Of a stretch of DNA of 64,000 nt, positions 9,540-19,114 are shown in pieces. Origin of the DNA: an uncultured delta proteobacterium (lineage in GTDB: Bacteria; Desulfobacterota; Zymogenia; Zymogenales; Zymogenaceae); contig CAVTLK010000001.1 of assembly GCA_963735595.1 (NCBI GenBank), positions 704,001-768,000 of the forward strand, read 5' to 3'. The notes below the pieces were generated by a model that was not told the origin of the DNA, did no database searches, and worked only from the letters and a program-made list of their open reading frames with translations. Position 1 is the stretch's first letter. Each line of letters opens with the position of its first letter. Made by a program: the position numbers and the translations under genes.

Positions 9540-10624
9540 TATCCTCTCCTTGTCTCGCCGCGCGGATATGAGCCCAGCAGTCTGATGGAAGTGGTATATT
9601 TCTCTATTTTTTTAACCGCGGCTTTTACCTTTGGGTCTTCGATGTGTCCGACAAGATCAAGGAAGAAGACGTAATCCCAGAGCTCCCGCCGGGACGGCCG
9701 GGACTCGATCTTGGTCAGCGAGATGCCTTTGGCGGCAAGGGGCCCAAGTACCTTATTAAGGATGCCGGGACGATCCTTCACCGAGAAAAGGAGCGACGTC
9801 TTGTCGTTACCCGTGGGACCGGGGTGCCGGTCGGCGATAATCAGGAACCGGGTATAATTGTTGGTCATATCGCCTATGTCGTGCCGGACGGCGCACAGCT
9901 CGTAGAACTTCCCCGCCTCCTCCCCGGCCACGGCGGCCACCGTTGGGTCTTTTGAGGCTATCAGCGCCGCCTCCGAGTTGCTGCTGGTCTCGACCCGCTC
10001 TACCTTGGGCAGGTTATGCGCAAGCCAGCGCCGGGTCTGGGCCAAACCCTGCGGGTGAGAAAGGACCTTCTTGATGTCCTCCATCTTACCGCTCTGGTTC
10101 ATCAGGTCAAACGTTATCCGGAGTAATACCTCCCCCGTTATCCTGAGGGGCGTCTCGATGAACCGGTCAAGTGTGAGGCTCACGATGCCCTCGGTGGAGT
10201 TTTCTACGGGGACAACGCCGAAATCCGCCTCACGCCGTGCCACCGCCTCAAACACGTCATCGATGCCGGCCGACGCCAGGAACGATCCGTGGCGCGAGAA
10301 CTTGACCAGCGCGGCCTCGTAGGTGAAGCTGGCCGGGGGGCCCAGGTAGGCCACCCGTACGGGGGCCTGAACCGCGCGCGAGACGCCGATGACCTCCCGA
10401 TAGATCGAGCGCAGGTAATCGGGCGGCAGGTCTCCCCAGCGGGCCGTCAATCGCGCGTAGACCTCCTCTTCACGCGCGGCGTCCAGAATCGCCGTGCCGG
10501 TACGCCGTTTCTCATCTCCGATGCGTTTGGAGATATCGACACGCTCCCTCAGCAGCTCGACGATCTTTTCGTCCAGCGCGTCGATGGATGCGCGAAGCTT
10601 GCTAATATCGTTGTCTTTTGTCAC
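9539..10624 (-). CDS. pheA: Chorismate mutase/prephenate dehydratase
   Basis: LRASIDALD (CM domain), YLGP, PVENSTEG, SHPQ, NYTRF and KIESRPS. Start is probably a GTG at 10624 or 10630. Confidence 0.93.
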   Translation of the reverse strand: MTKDNDISKLRASIDALDEKIVELLRERVDISKRIGDEKRRTGTAILDAAREEEVYARLTARWGDLPPDYLRSIYREVIGVSRAVQAPVRVAYLGPPASFTYEAALVKFSRHGSFLASAGIDDVFEAVARREADFGVVPVENSTEGIVSLTLDRFIETPLRITGEVLLRITFDLMNQSGKMEDIKKVLSHPQGLAQTRRWLAHNLPKVERVETSSNSEAALIASKDPTVAAVAGEEAGKFYELCAVRHDIGDMTNNYTRFLIIADRHPGPTGNDKTSLLFSVKDRPGILNKVLGPLAAKGISLTKIESRPSRRELWDYVFFLDLVGHIEDPKVKAAVKKIEKYTTSIRLLGSYPRGETRRG

Positions 10625-10801
10625 TGACACACCGTTACGAATATCTGGAAATAATATCGGGAATTTGTATAAAATACAATTGATTTCTATGCCTTTGACA
10701 AAAAAACGCCGCGGCGCGGACGAGTGTCGTCTTGTCCGCGCCACGGCTTGTCTTCCATTACGGATCAGGCAAAACGCCGTTTTACGCCGCTGATGCCGAT
10801 G

Positions 10802-11575
10802 CTATTTTTTCGTCCACCGGTAGCCGCTCAACGCCCACAGCACCACGTTCGTCCCGTAAAATACCCATACGAGGCGGAACATGATCTCGGAGATGTTCCC
10901 CATGCCCAGGTTGTAGATCTCCCCGGCGATCTCGGTGGCAAACCAGCACGTCGCCGCGATGCCGACCATAACGGCGTTTACCCTGGGATAAAGACGGCAG
11001 CGCACCGTCTCCCACGCAAACCACATGGTGGTGCAAAAGAATGCCGTATAGATCGGGGCGATGGCGGCATGCCCCACCCTGACGATATCCGGCCATAGGA
11101 CAATAATGATAACGGTGGCACTGCCGAATATGAGAAGCGGCAGCCACAGGCTGGACGGCTTGAAGTTCTTCAGGTACGGGACTCCGTGGGCCAGCCGGAT
11201 GATCAGGAAGATATGGGCCGCTATGGAAAGCACCCCGCCGACCATAAAGACCCAGGACCCTACCGACAGCGACGAACTGACGACCACAACGCTCATCAGG
11301 ATATCCGTCGGCAGCATGCAGAGGAAAGCGGCAAGGAGGAGCCGCCGGTCTTTTGTTCCGAGGCGGTTCTTGCCGATCATCAGGACGAGCATCAATCCAA
11401 CCAGGGTGATGACGGGTTTGCCGATCGCGGGATAGAGGCTCCGGGTTCCATTGAAATAATCCATCCAATCCACACCGAAGATCGAACCTGCCAGGAGGAG
11501 AACCGCACCGACCAGCCCGAGCACCCACACTATCTTAGGGGGCGCGAGGACCTGATTGTCTTTCATTTTATTCAC
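10802..11575 (-). CDS. Multi-pass membrane protein, YhhN/TMEM86 (lysoplasmalogenase)-like
   Basis: About 8 TM helices. LPTDILM, FMVGGVLSIAAHI, IYTAFFCTTMW and VWVFYG resemble YhhN motifs; family call tentative. Confidence 0.6.
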   Translation of the reverse strand: MNKMKDNQVLAPPKIVWVLGLVGAVLLLAGSIFGVDWMDYFNGTRSLYPAIGKPVITLVGLMLVLMIGKNRLGTKDRRLLLAAFLCMLPTDILMSVVVVSSSLSVGSWVFMVGGVLSIAAHIFLIIRLAHGVPYLKNFKPSSLWLPLLIFGSATVIIIVLWPDIVRVGHAAIAPIYTAFFCTTMWFAWETVRCRLYPRVNAVMVGIAATCWFATEIAGEIYNLGMGNISEIMFRLVWVFYGTNVVLWALSGYRWTKK

Positions 11576-11656
11576 TCCTTATTCTACGGGTAGAACCCAT
11601 GGCTATGCTCAGTACACCGGATCGCCGCGATGATTACGATACTGCGCCGATGCACC

Positions 11657-12724
11657 TCATTCAGCCATAAATTTCCGGCTGGAATAACCCTCGGCGGGGT
11701 TGTTTATTTTATTCGCGGCCTTTTTCATCTCGGCCGTTTTCAGCGCCACGGCGTCGTTGAATCTCCTGCCCGTCCACCCGACGGCAAGCCTGCACCCCAG
11801 GTACACGGAGAGCAATACTGTAAGGAATTTACCCGCCAGCGCGGCGGAGAAAGGCGCCCCGTCGATACCGAGAACCGCGGTGACCCCCCAGAAGACAATG
11901 CCCAGCGCGGCCCCCATAAGGAGCATGAGGATAAAATAGAGAAATCCATTAATACCTCTGGCTTTACCCGTATAGCCGAACTTTCCTACGTACATATCGG
12001 AAAGCGTATAGGTAGATACCGCCAGGAAGACAAAATTACAGATGAACATGAATGTAACCGCGTAATCCAGCGCCATCGCCGCGGTCGGCACCAGGGACGC
12101 CGCATCCTTGGCCGCCTCCAAAGAAAATCCCCTGTTTGCCAGCGGCATATTGATGATGAGCTGCATGACAAACGTGGGCAGGATATAGTTCATCCAGATG
12201 TATCTCCCCTTGGAGTCTACCGGCTTTTCGGAGAATGGCCCTGCGGTCGCCAGTCCCGAGATATCGTCGTATATGAAGCGTTTCACGATGAAGGCAAAGG
12301 GCACCACGAACAGGAGCGATACCGCCACGGTTGCGGCGGGCGACGGAGTCCATCCCAGGCCGTAAACGATTGCGGCAAAGACGGCCGTAAGCGCTGCGGC
12401 CGCGGCGGTCCCGAGCGGTGCCGTTTTGAGCAGAGGATTGGCGATCGGGGATCCGGCCGAAGTCTTCTCGTTATTTTTTACGCCGGCCTTTTCACGGATC
12501 AACTCGGCCCGGGCGGCAAAGAGCGTCCCGTTGGGCTGGAAGATAATAAAGGCGAAAAAGGCGGTAGCGACAAAGCCCAGCACGGTGAATCGGGTGTAGT
12601 CCTCACTCATAAACTTAAATACGAGGATTCCGCCCAGGACAATGAGGACGGCAATGACAACAAAACTGAGGATGACCTGAATAATAAATAGTTTCCTGAT
12701 CCCTATTTTCTCATGGCTTGCCAT
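11657..12724 (-). CDS. Hypothetical multi-pass membrane protein
   Basis: 355-aa hydrophobic ORF with GGAGG RBS; about 8 TM segments. Confidence 0.8.
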   Translation of the reverse strand: MASHEKIGIRKLFIIQVILSFVVIAVLIVLGGILVFKFMSEDYTRFTVLGFVATAFFAFIIFQPNGTLFAARAELIREKAGVKNNEKTSAGSPIANPLLKTAPLGTAAAAALTAVFAAIVYGLGWTPSPAATVAVSLLFVVPFAFIVKRFIYDDISGLATAGPFSEKPVDSKGRYIWMNYILPTFVMQLIINMPLANRGFSLEAAKDAASLVPTAAMALDYAVTFMFICNFVFLAVSTYTLSDMYVGKFGYTGKARGINGFLYFILMLLMGAALGIVFWGVTAVLGIDGAPFSAALAGKFLTVLLSVYLGCRLAVGWTGRRFNDAVALKTAEMKKAANKINNPAEGYSSRKFMAE

Positions 12725-13036
12725 AAAAACCTCCCTTTTTACGGATACAGAGGGCCAAGGAATTCACTCTCAGAGACCATTATTGGTGGGCTACGGGGAA
12801 AGACGTACCGCTTACGTCTTACTATATGAGACTGTAGCGTGTATACTATGCCATTGATCGATCGTTTTCAAGTAATTAGTGGCTCACGCCGAGGTGTTTC
12901 TCCCCCTTCCTCAGATGGAATATCGTTATATTGCCCGAGCAACAACTTTTTTTCTTTATAGTGAATCCTCCGGTCCGTTGGCTCATCTATACTATCAAAC
13001 TAATAGGGATTAACCCAAAAAAGGGAGGAACATACC

Positions 13037-13603
13037 ATGAACACGAAAACATTACTGATCGGTTTGACATTTGCCTTGGCCGCGATGTTTATCGCCCCTT
13101 CGATTGCGTATATGAGTCACGAGCCCGGCACCGTTATCGACGTCAAGGATTTTGTTGGTAACAGCTTCGAGTCCGCCATGCTAAGCGATGAGCCGGGCAC
13201 TATCATCGACATCAAGAGCTTCACCCTCGACACCTTCAAGAGCGCGATGGTTAGTGACGAGCCGGGTACTATTATCGACATCAAGAGCTTTACCGTCGAT
13301 ACCTTAAAGAGCGCTATGGTTAGTGACGAGCCGGGTACTATTATCGACATCAAGAGCTTCGTCGTTGATACTCTCAAAACAGCCCTCTTGAGCGACGAGC
13401 CTGGCACCGTTATCGACGTCAAGGATTTCGTCGGTAACAGCTTCGAGACGGCCATGCTAAGCGACGAGCCGGGTACTATTATTGATATCAAGAGCTTCGT
13501 CGTTGATACTCTCAAGACGGCCCTCTTGAGCGACGAGCCCGGCACGATTATCGACATCAAGAGCTTCGTCGTTGACACGACTCCCATGGAATCCATCAGT
13601 TAG
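13037..13603 (+). CDS. Secreted protein with 7 x 23-aa tandem repeats
   Basis: GGGAGG RBS; signal peptide (..APSIA); repeats SDEPGT(I/V)ID(I/V)K(S/D)F..; terminator downstream. Confidence 0.9.
   Translation: MNTKTLLIGLTFALAAMFIAPSIAYMSHEPGTVIDVKDFVGNSFESAMLSDEPGTIIDIKSFTLDTFKSAMVSDEPGTIIDIKSFTVDTLKSAMVSDEPGTIIDIKSFVVDTLKTALLSDEPGTVIDVKDFVGNSFETAMLSDEPGTIIDIKSFVVDTLKTALLSDEPGTIIDIKSFVVDTTPMESIS
13115..13597 (+). repeat. 69-bp coding tandem repeat, 7 units
   Basis: Units start at 13115, 13184, 13253, 13322, 13391, 13460 and 13529. Confidence 0.95.
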
Positions 13604-13684
13604 GATGCGACCGTGGCCATGCCCACAAGTGGCGTTTCCGGCCGGCAAAATATAACGGGGTGATGATTTGTTACTAAGCCACTG

Positions 13685-13710
13685 AAGCCCTCTCCGCAGG
13701 AGAGGGCTTT
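13685..13710 (+). terminator. Intrinsic terminator
   Basis: aagccctctcc-gca-ggagagggctt followed by tattttat. Confidence 0.8.
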
Positions 13711-14199
13711 ATTTTATCCGAGTTTTGTTGTCACACGATATGTCTTGTACGGCCACGTGAGAAACGGCGAAAGGCGCCAACGATGTCGTCAACCCGGCTT
13801 TCTTCACTGAATCTCCACTTCTCTTAATATTACGACGTATCCATTTAGAGTTTTGACTCGATGCGAAGGCCCATCCACGGCCGGATAGACCCTTGTTCCG
13901 CAACCAAGCCACGTCTGTAATGATTAAGTGCAAATTATCTGTCAACTGACAAGAATATTTTGCACCTTGTTTACTCATCTCGTTAGCCTGCTCAAAGGAT
14001 ACTGAATATCAGGAGCATTACTATAACAATATAGTACAAAATGCGCATTATTACGACAAGGCGGTTCTGCTCTATAGACCCTAAAGCTGGCATACTACTT
14101 GCTTTTTAATATTAGCCATCACGGAATCACCCACGTGTTGGAGTATACCTGGAGTCTCTTTCGATTATTTTTTTACATACTTAGAAAAGGGGAAACGCC

Positions 14200-14709
14200 A
14201 TGGATGAAAGACACGATAAGTTGATACAGACCGCCCTCACGAGGATGGAATACATTACCGATAAACCGCTCGAAGAATACAAGCACGCCATCACCGTCCA
14301 GCTGTCAATCATGACCGGTTCAACGCTATCCTATTTTGCAACCATGAATTCAGCGGAAAACGTGCTGACGATGATTGGCTGGTCGAAGTCGGCGATGGGC
14401 AACTGCAGCATGATCGATAAGCCGATTGTCTACAAAATCGAAGAGACGGGACTGTGGGGAGACGCCGTAAGGGAAAGGAAGCCGGTTATCACTAACGATT
14501 ACAAGAATCTCGTGAAGCCCACCAAAAAGGGATATCCCGAGGGGCACGTTAATGTAGTAAGACATATGAATGTACCGATCTTTGACGCAAATAGGATCGT
14601 AATGGTTGTCGGCGTGGGCAACAAGGCGACGGACTATAACCAGGAGGATGCCAGGAACATGATCGCATTTATGACCGAGGTATGGAAGGTCCTTAAAATG
14701 AAGCTGTAA
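14200..14709 (+). CDS. Stand-alone GAF domain protein
   Basis: TGLWGDAVRERKPVITNDY, KKGYPEGHV, RHMNVPI and GVGNK..DY are typical of GAF domains in anaerobe sensor kinases. Confidence 0.88.
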   Translation: MDERHDKLIQTALTRMEYITDKPLEEYKHAITVQLSIMTGSTLSYFATMNSAENVLTMIGWSKSAMGNCSMIDKPIVYKIEETGLWGDAVRERKPVITNDYKNLVKPTKKGYPEGHVNVVRHMNVPIFDANRIVMVVGVGNKATDYNQEDARNMIAFMTEVWKVLKMKL

Positions 14710-14935
14710 TTGGACCGAGATAACCATATGGGATTGAGGGGAGAATCATACTCACGTCGTGTTAGACCTTGATTTTTGCCGGTCATATATGCAGTGAGCC
14801 GCTCGATTCAAGAGATGATATGGCCCCGATTCGTCTTACTCAGGTATATATTCTCTTTCTTCCATTATCTGCATGCGATGGAGTATTAGACTACCCCACG
14901 CGTTGATGAACAGTACGATGAAACGAGAAACAAAA

Positions 14936-15088
14936 ATGACAGAACAGGAAACTAAAATAATTCACAAGGGAAATTGCCTCGAGTGTTCCTATTACAAGTG
15001 CTGCCCGCGTATGCAGGGTATCAACCAGTGTAAGAATATCATCGAGACGCTTACTCCCCAGAAAGATATTGGCAAGCTCTCGGGGTAG
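14936..15088 (+). CDS. Possible small Cys-rich protein (50 aa)
   Basis: MTEQETKIIHKGNCLECSYYKCCPRMQGINQC..; weak RBS and uncertain start. Confidence 0.35.
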   Translation: MTEQETKIIHKGNCLECSYYKCCPRMQGINQCKNIIETLTPQKDIGKLSG

Positions 15089-15200
15089 CTGGATTTGCGG
15101 CATAGGGTAAGGCTGGTTTAAAAACATATCAAAACGTATAAACCTTCCGAAAACCATGTGACGCCTCGCCTGTCTGTCGTCGCTATTCGTCTCTTCAAGC

Positions 15201-15229
15201 AAAAAAAGGCCCGGTCTCCCGGGCCTTTC
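15201..15229 (-). terminator. Intrinsic terminator of the thiolase/DUF35 operon
   Basis: A7 run followed by the ggcccgg-tctc-ccgggcc hairpin. Confidence 0.75.
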
Positions 15230-15251
15230 CGTTACGTATCTTCGTTATGTC

Positions 15252-15722
15252 TCAATCGATCACGACGAAGTGCTTGACGTCGGTGATTTTGCCGGCCCGC
15301 TTCTCCTCGAAGACGGCCTTTACCCGCGCACCGATCTTGACCTTCTTTTCGTCCTTGATCTCCACGTAGTGCTGGAGGTCCGTGTCCGCCCCGTCCAGAC
15401 GGATATACGCGTACCCGTAGGGGACCGGTTTCTCCTTTCCCGTCTCGGGGTCAAGGAACGCGAAGCGCAGGATCGTGTAGGTGTGGAGGTATCCCTCGTC
15501 CTTCACGGGAACCCACTCGGTCATCTCTGCAAAGCACGTGCCGCAGACCTTGCGCGGCGGTACGTAGACTTTTCCACACTTCGGACATTTGATGCCCATG
15601 AACCGCTTGTTGTCCCTGATTTCGGCCAGGAATTTCGATCCCTCCGCGCCGACGGTGTAGCTGAACGGCTGCTCGGCGTCTCCGGAGTTTATCGTCAAGA
15701 GGTCAACTCCCTGGTTCGTCAT
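15252..15722 (-). CDS. DUF35 family Zn-ribbon/OB-fold protein
   Basis: CPKCGKVYVPPRKVCGTC plus OB fold (LDGADT, IGARVKAVF); GAGGAGG RBS. Confidence 0.92.
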   Translation of the reverse strand: MTNQGVDLLTINSGDAEQPFSYTVGAEGSKFLAEIRDNKRFMGIKCPKCGKVYVPPRKVCGTCFAEMTEWVPVKDEGYLHTYTILRFAFLDPETGKEKPVPYGYAYIRLDGADTDLQHYVEIKDEKKVKIGARVKAVFEEKRAGKITDVKHFVVID

Positions 15723-15735
15723 ACCGACCTCCTCT

Positions 15736-16899
15736 TCATTTAGGTTTGGTGCTCTTGAGAATCGTTGCATCGCTCCAGAAACATCCCCCGAAGCCGCTGG
15801 CCAGCGCCGTCTTTACATCGGGCACCTGCCTCTTGCCGCCCCTGCCCATAATTTGGACCGCCGCCTCGGCGGTCCTGAGAAGCGCCGTTGCCCCGATGCA
15901 GTTGGTCGCGATAACGCCGCCCGACGGGTTAATCGGCAGCTCTCCTCCCATATCGGTCACGCCGTCCCATAAGAGCTTGGGCGCCTGCCCCGGAGCACAA
16001 AGGCCCAGTGACTCTATCCAGGAGAGCCCCGCGCACGAATACGGAAGATAGAGTTCCATCACGTCTATTTCTTTGAGCGGCTCCTTGATGCCGACCTTCG
16101 CGTAAAGCTCTTTCGAGGCCATCTCCATCGACACCAGCCGGCCGTCCCAATTGCAGTCGCCCAAATAGTTATAGGGATGTTTGACCGAGGCCCCGTGGAA
16201 CCATGCCGGCCTGTCGCAGATCTTTTCCGCGTATTTTTCCGACGCGAAGACCACCGCGCACGCGCCGTCCGTCCGAGGACAGACATCCAGCAGCTTGATG
16301 GGGTCCGAGAGCATGGGCGAATTCATCACGTCTTCGATCGTTATCTCCTTTCGGAGCTGTGCGTACGGATTATTCGTGGCATGCTTCCGGTCGCGCACCG
16401 CCACTCGTGCCGCGTCCTTCTCGGTGACGCCGTACTTGGTCATATAGGCCATGGCCTCTGCCGCAAGCCCCGATATCGCCCCCGCAAAGACCAACCGGTC
16501 CCAGATAGGGTCGAACGCCGTGGTGATGGCCGCGGTCGTGTCGGACTCGGAGTTTTTCTCCCATCCGATCGCCAGCACCTTATCGAACATGCCGGAGGCC
16601 ACGAGATGATACCCGCAGTGGCCGACGGTGGATCCGGTTGTCCCGCCGGTGGTGACCTTGATGACCGGTTTCATGAAGCCGCCCGTGCCGTCAATGCTCC
16701 AGGTATCGACGTAGTTTATTCCTTCAAAGTGATCCATATTCCCGATGACGACGGCATCTATATCGTCTATCGTCAGCTCACCATCCTCAAGGCACCGGCT
16801 TACCGCTTCGTGAATCAGCTCGAGCCCGTTGACGTCCAGACGGCTGGAGCGGTGGTGTGTCTGGCCGGTGGCGACGATTGCCGTTTTTTCTTTTGCCAT
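15736..16899 (-). CDS. Thiolase-fold (SCP-x type) protein, Ltp3-like
   Basis: TGQT, DIDAVVIG, GWEKNSES, DGACAVV, ELYLPYS and INPSGGVIATNCIGA; no nucleophilic Cys motif. Confidence 0.85.
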   Translation of the reverse strand: MAKEKTAIVATGQTHHRSSRLDVNGLELIHEAVSRCLEDGELTIDDIDAVVIGNMDHFEGINYVDTWSIDGTGGFMKPVIKVTTGGTTGSTVGHCGYHLVASGMFDKVLAIGWEKNSESDTTAAITTAFDPIWDRLVFAGAISGLAAEAMAYMTKYGVTEKDAARVAVRDRKHATNNPYAQLRKEITIEDVMNSPMLSDPIKLLDVCPRTDGACAVVFASEKYAEKICDRPAWFHGASVKHPYNYLGDCNWDGRLVSMEMASKELYAKVGIKEPLKEIDVMELYLPYSCAGLSWIESLGLCAPGQAPKLLWDGVTDMGGELPINPSGGVIATNCIGATALLRTAEAAVQIMGRGGKRQVPDVKTALASGFGGCFWSDATILKSTKPK

Positions 16900-16901
16900 T
16901 G

Positions 16902-18050
16902 CTACCTCCCTACGATCCAAACACAGTGTGACTGGCCGCACGCGCCGTTTACGCCGTGGGCCAGCGCCGTCTTAACCCCCTTGACCTGGTGGTCGCCGGC
17001 ATCTCCCCGAACCTGCAAACACGCCTCGATGAGTCTGATCATACCGCCCGTGATAACCGGGTGGCCGGAAAGGAGCCCCCCCGACGGATTTACCGGGAGT
17101 TTCCCGCCCATCTCGGTAACGCCGCGGTCGATCAATTTCCCTCCGCCTCCCGGCGCGCAGAAGCCCAGACCTTCGTACCACATCAGTTCCATGAAGGAAA
17201 ATGCGTCGTATATCTCGGCCACGTCGATTTCGGAAATCGGATCGGAAATGTTGGCCGCCTCATAGGCCCTGGAGGCCGCCATATCCAGCGCGTTGGCATC
17301 GGCCAGGTCGCGGTCGCCGAGGAAATAGGCGTCCGCGCAGTATCCGACACCCCTGACCTTCACGGCATTCTTATGTTTTTTCGCCGATTCCTCACCCGAG
17401 ATAATCATGGCCGCCGCCCCATCGGAAATCGGCGAGCAGTCCAGCAGCTTCAGCGGGTCGGCGATGACCCTGGATTCCATGACCTCGTCGAGCGTGACGG
17501 CTTTCTTGATCTGGGCGTACGGGTTCTTGAGGGCATTGGCGTGGTTCTTTACGGAGACCTTGGCGCACTGCTCCTCGGTAATGCCGTACTTTGCCATATA
17601 GCGCCGCATCTGGAGGCCCGCGGTATTGAGGGAGTCAAGCCCTATCGGCCGCATATATAGTGGGTCAAAAATGCCGTTGGTGATATGGACGTTATCGGAG
17701 ATGGACCCTTTGACATGCGTGACGACGAGGCTGTTCTTATATGAGCCCGAAAGGATCCGGCACATCCCGTAGAAGGCCGAGAACGTTCCGTCGCCCTCGA
17801 CGGTGGTAATATTCTTGCCCAGTCCCGCTCCCACGGCGTCGTTGACCGCCATGGACGAGATCGTGCGGCCGTCCCAAAAATCGTTGGAGGTGGTCACGAT
17901 ATTATCGATATCATCGATAGTCATGCCGGCGTCTTTAAGCGCCTTGGTGACGACCTCGTAGGCCATATCGGCGAAGGTATCGGCCGGCTTTTGCCGCTCT
18001 ATGGCCGTTTGTCCCACCCCGATAATGGTGATGTCCTCAACTCCGTTCAT
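16902..18050 (-). CDS. Thiolase-fold (SCP-x type) protein, Ltp4-like
   Basis: SNDFWDGRTISS, TVEGDG, SPISDGAAA, EIYDAF and VNPSGGLLSGHP. Confidence 0.85.
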   Translation of the reverse strand: MNGVEDITIIGVGQTAIERQKPADTFADMAYEVVTKALKDAGMTIDDIDNIVTTSNDFWDGRTISSMAVNDAVGAGLGKNITTVEGDGTFSAFYGMCRILSGSYKNSLVVTHVKGSISDNVHITNGIFDPLYMRPIGLDSLNTAGLQMRRYMAKYGITEEQCAKVSVKNHANALKNPYAQIKKAVTLDEVMESRVIADPLKLLDCSPISDGAAAMIISGEESAKKHKNAVKVRGVGYCADAYFLGDRDLADANALDMAASRAYEAANISDPISEIDVAEIYDAFSFMELMWYEGLGFCAPGGGGKLIDRGVTEMGGKLPVNPSGGLLSGHPVITGGMIRLIEACLQVRGDAGDHQVKGVKTALAHGVNGACGQSHCVWIVGR

Positions 18051-18062
18051 GCTCTTCCTCTT

Positions 18063-18521
18063 CTATACCGGTTTAAAATGCTTGATATCAAGTATATGTC
18101 CCTTACGGTTGTCCTCAAAGACGGCCTTAACGCGCATACCGACCTTCACCCTGTCCGGAGGCACATCTCCAATCAGGTGGACAAGCCCCGTGTCGGCGCC
18201 GTCCAACAGGACGATCCCGATGATGTGAGGGGTCTTCCCGGGCACAAGCGGGGTCTCGTACCGGACGACCGTAAATGTCTGGAGCACTCCCTCGTCTTTC
18301 ACTTCGACCCACTCGTGGATATCGGAGAAGCAGTACGTGCACGCCTTTTTCGGGGGGACGAAGACCATGTCGCACGAGGGGCACCTGGTCGCCCAGATCT
18401 TCTTGTTATCCTTTAACTCCATGAGGAAGCGGCTTCCCACCTCCCCCACAGACCAGGTATAGGGAACCTTTATCCTGCTGCTATACTGCAACAGTCCCTG
18501 GTCTTGCTGCTTTTGGGCCAT
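18063..18521 (-). CDS. DUF35 family Zn-ribbon/OB-fold protein
   Basis: CPSCDMVFVPPKKACTYC plus LDGADT and VGMRVKAVF; AAGGAGG RBS. Confidence 0.92.
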   Translation of the reverse strand: MAQKQQDQGLLQYSSRIKVPYTWSVGEVGSRFLMELKDNKKIWATRCPSCDMVFVPPKKACTYCFSDIHEWVEVKDEGVLQTFTVVRYETPLVPGKTPHIIGIVLLDGADTGLVHLIGDVPPDRVKVGMRVKAVFEDNRKGHILDIKHFKPV

Positions 18522-18792
18522 TGGTCACCTCCTTGATCATTGCATGAGTTTATTCCGTCGAACTATCTGTCATGTACGGGATACGACAATCGATCCAGAC
18601 CGCCGGTCGCGGGCGTGACGTTCTTGGCAGACGATGACCCAACACGATTTACGAATCGGAAATACATCGCACCAGTCGCTTGGCCCGGCCGCCGCATCAA
18701 GCATCGTATTGCCGTCTTCTTGCCTATCGTGTAAAGGTGTTTTGGAAGACCTGCATGAGGCGTCTCCGACAATCTCTTAGTAAGGAATACTA

Positions 18793-18821
18793 ACCGTATC
18801 AAAGTCCGGATTAGTTGTCAA
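18793..18821 (-). promoter_or_regulatory. Putative sigma70 promoter for the DUF35/thiolase operon
   Basis: Minus strand TTGACA-17 bp-TACGGT. Confidence 0.5.
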
Positions 18822-19114
18822 GGCAATTGATTGACAAATCAATCTTTTTGCCGCCGGCCGGCGGAAGGCTCACCCGGTATACCGTGAAACCGTTAGAAAT
18901 GAATGTATTTGATATATATCTTATATATAATTTTAGAGATTTTATAAATAATTTATGTTCTTTTAAATATTTATCTTGACATTATCGGAAATCTATTATA
19001 TATAGTTATTTGTCGGAAGTGTTTATATTGAACGATGCGTATCTATACCCCCACCGGGAGAGTTGACAGGTATAGAAATACCGGCAGGCGCTTACCTACG
19101 GTCGGAGTGACCTT

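Noticed and set aside
13117..13596. Antisense 159-aa repeat ORF
   Set aside because: Shadow of the plus-strand gene, which has the RBS, signal peptide and terminator.
13115..13597. 69-bp tandem repeat as a CRISPR array
   Set aside because: No unique spacers, the unit is a multiple of 3 with synonymous variation inside an ORF, and there are no cas genes.
13709..13978. 89-aa minus-strand ORF
   Set aside because: No recognisable motif or clear RBS; cannot be supported.
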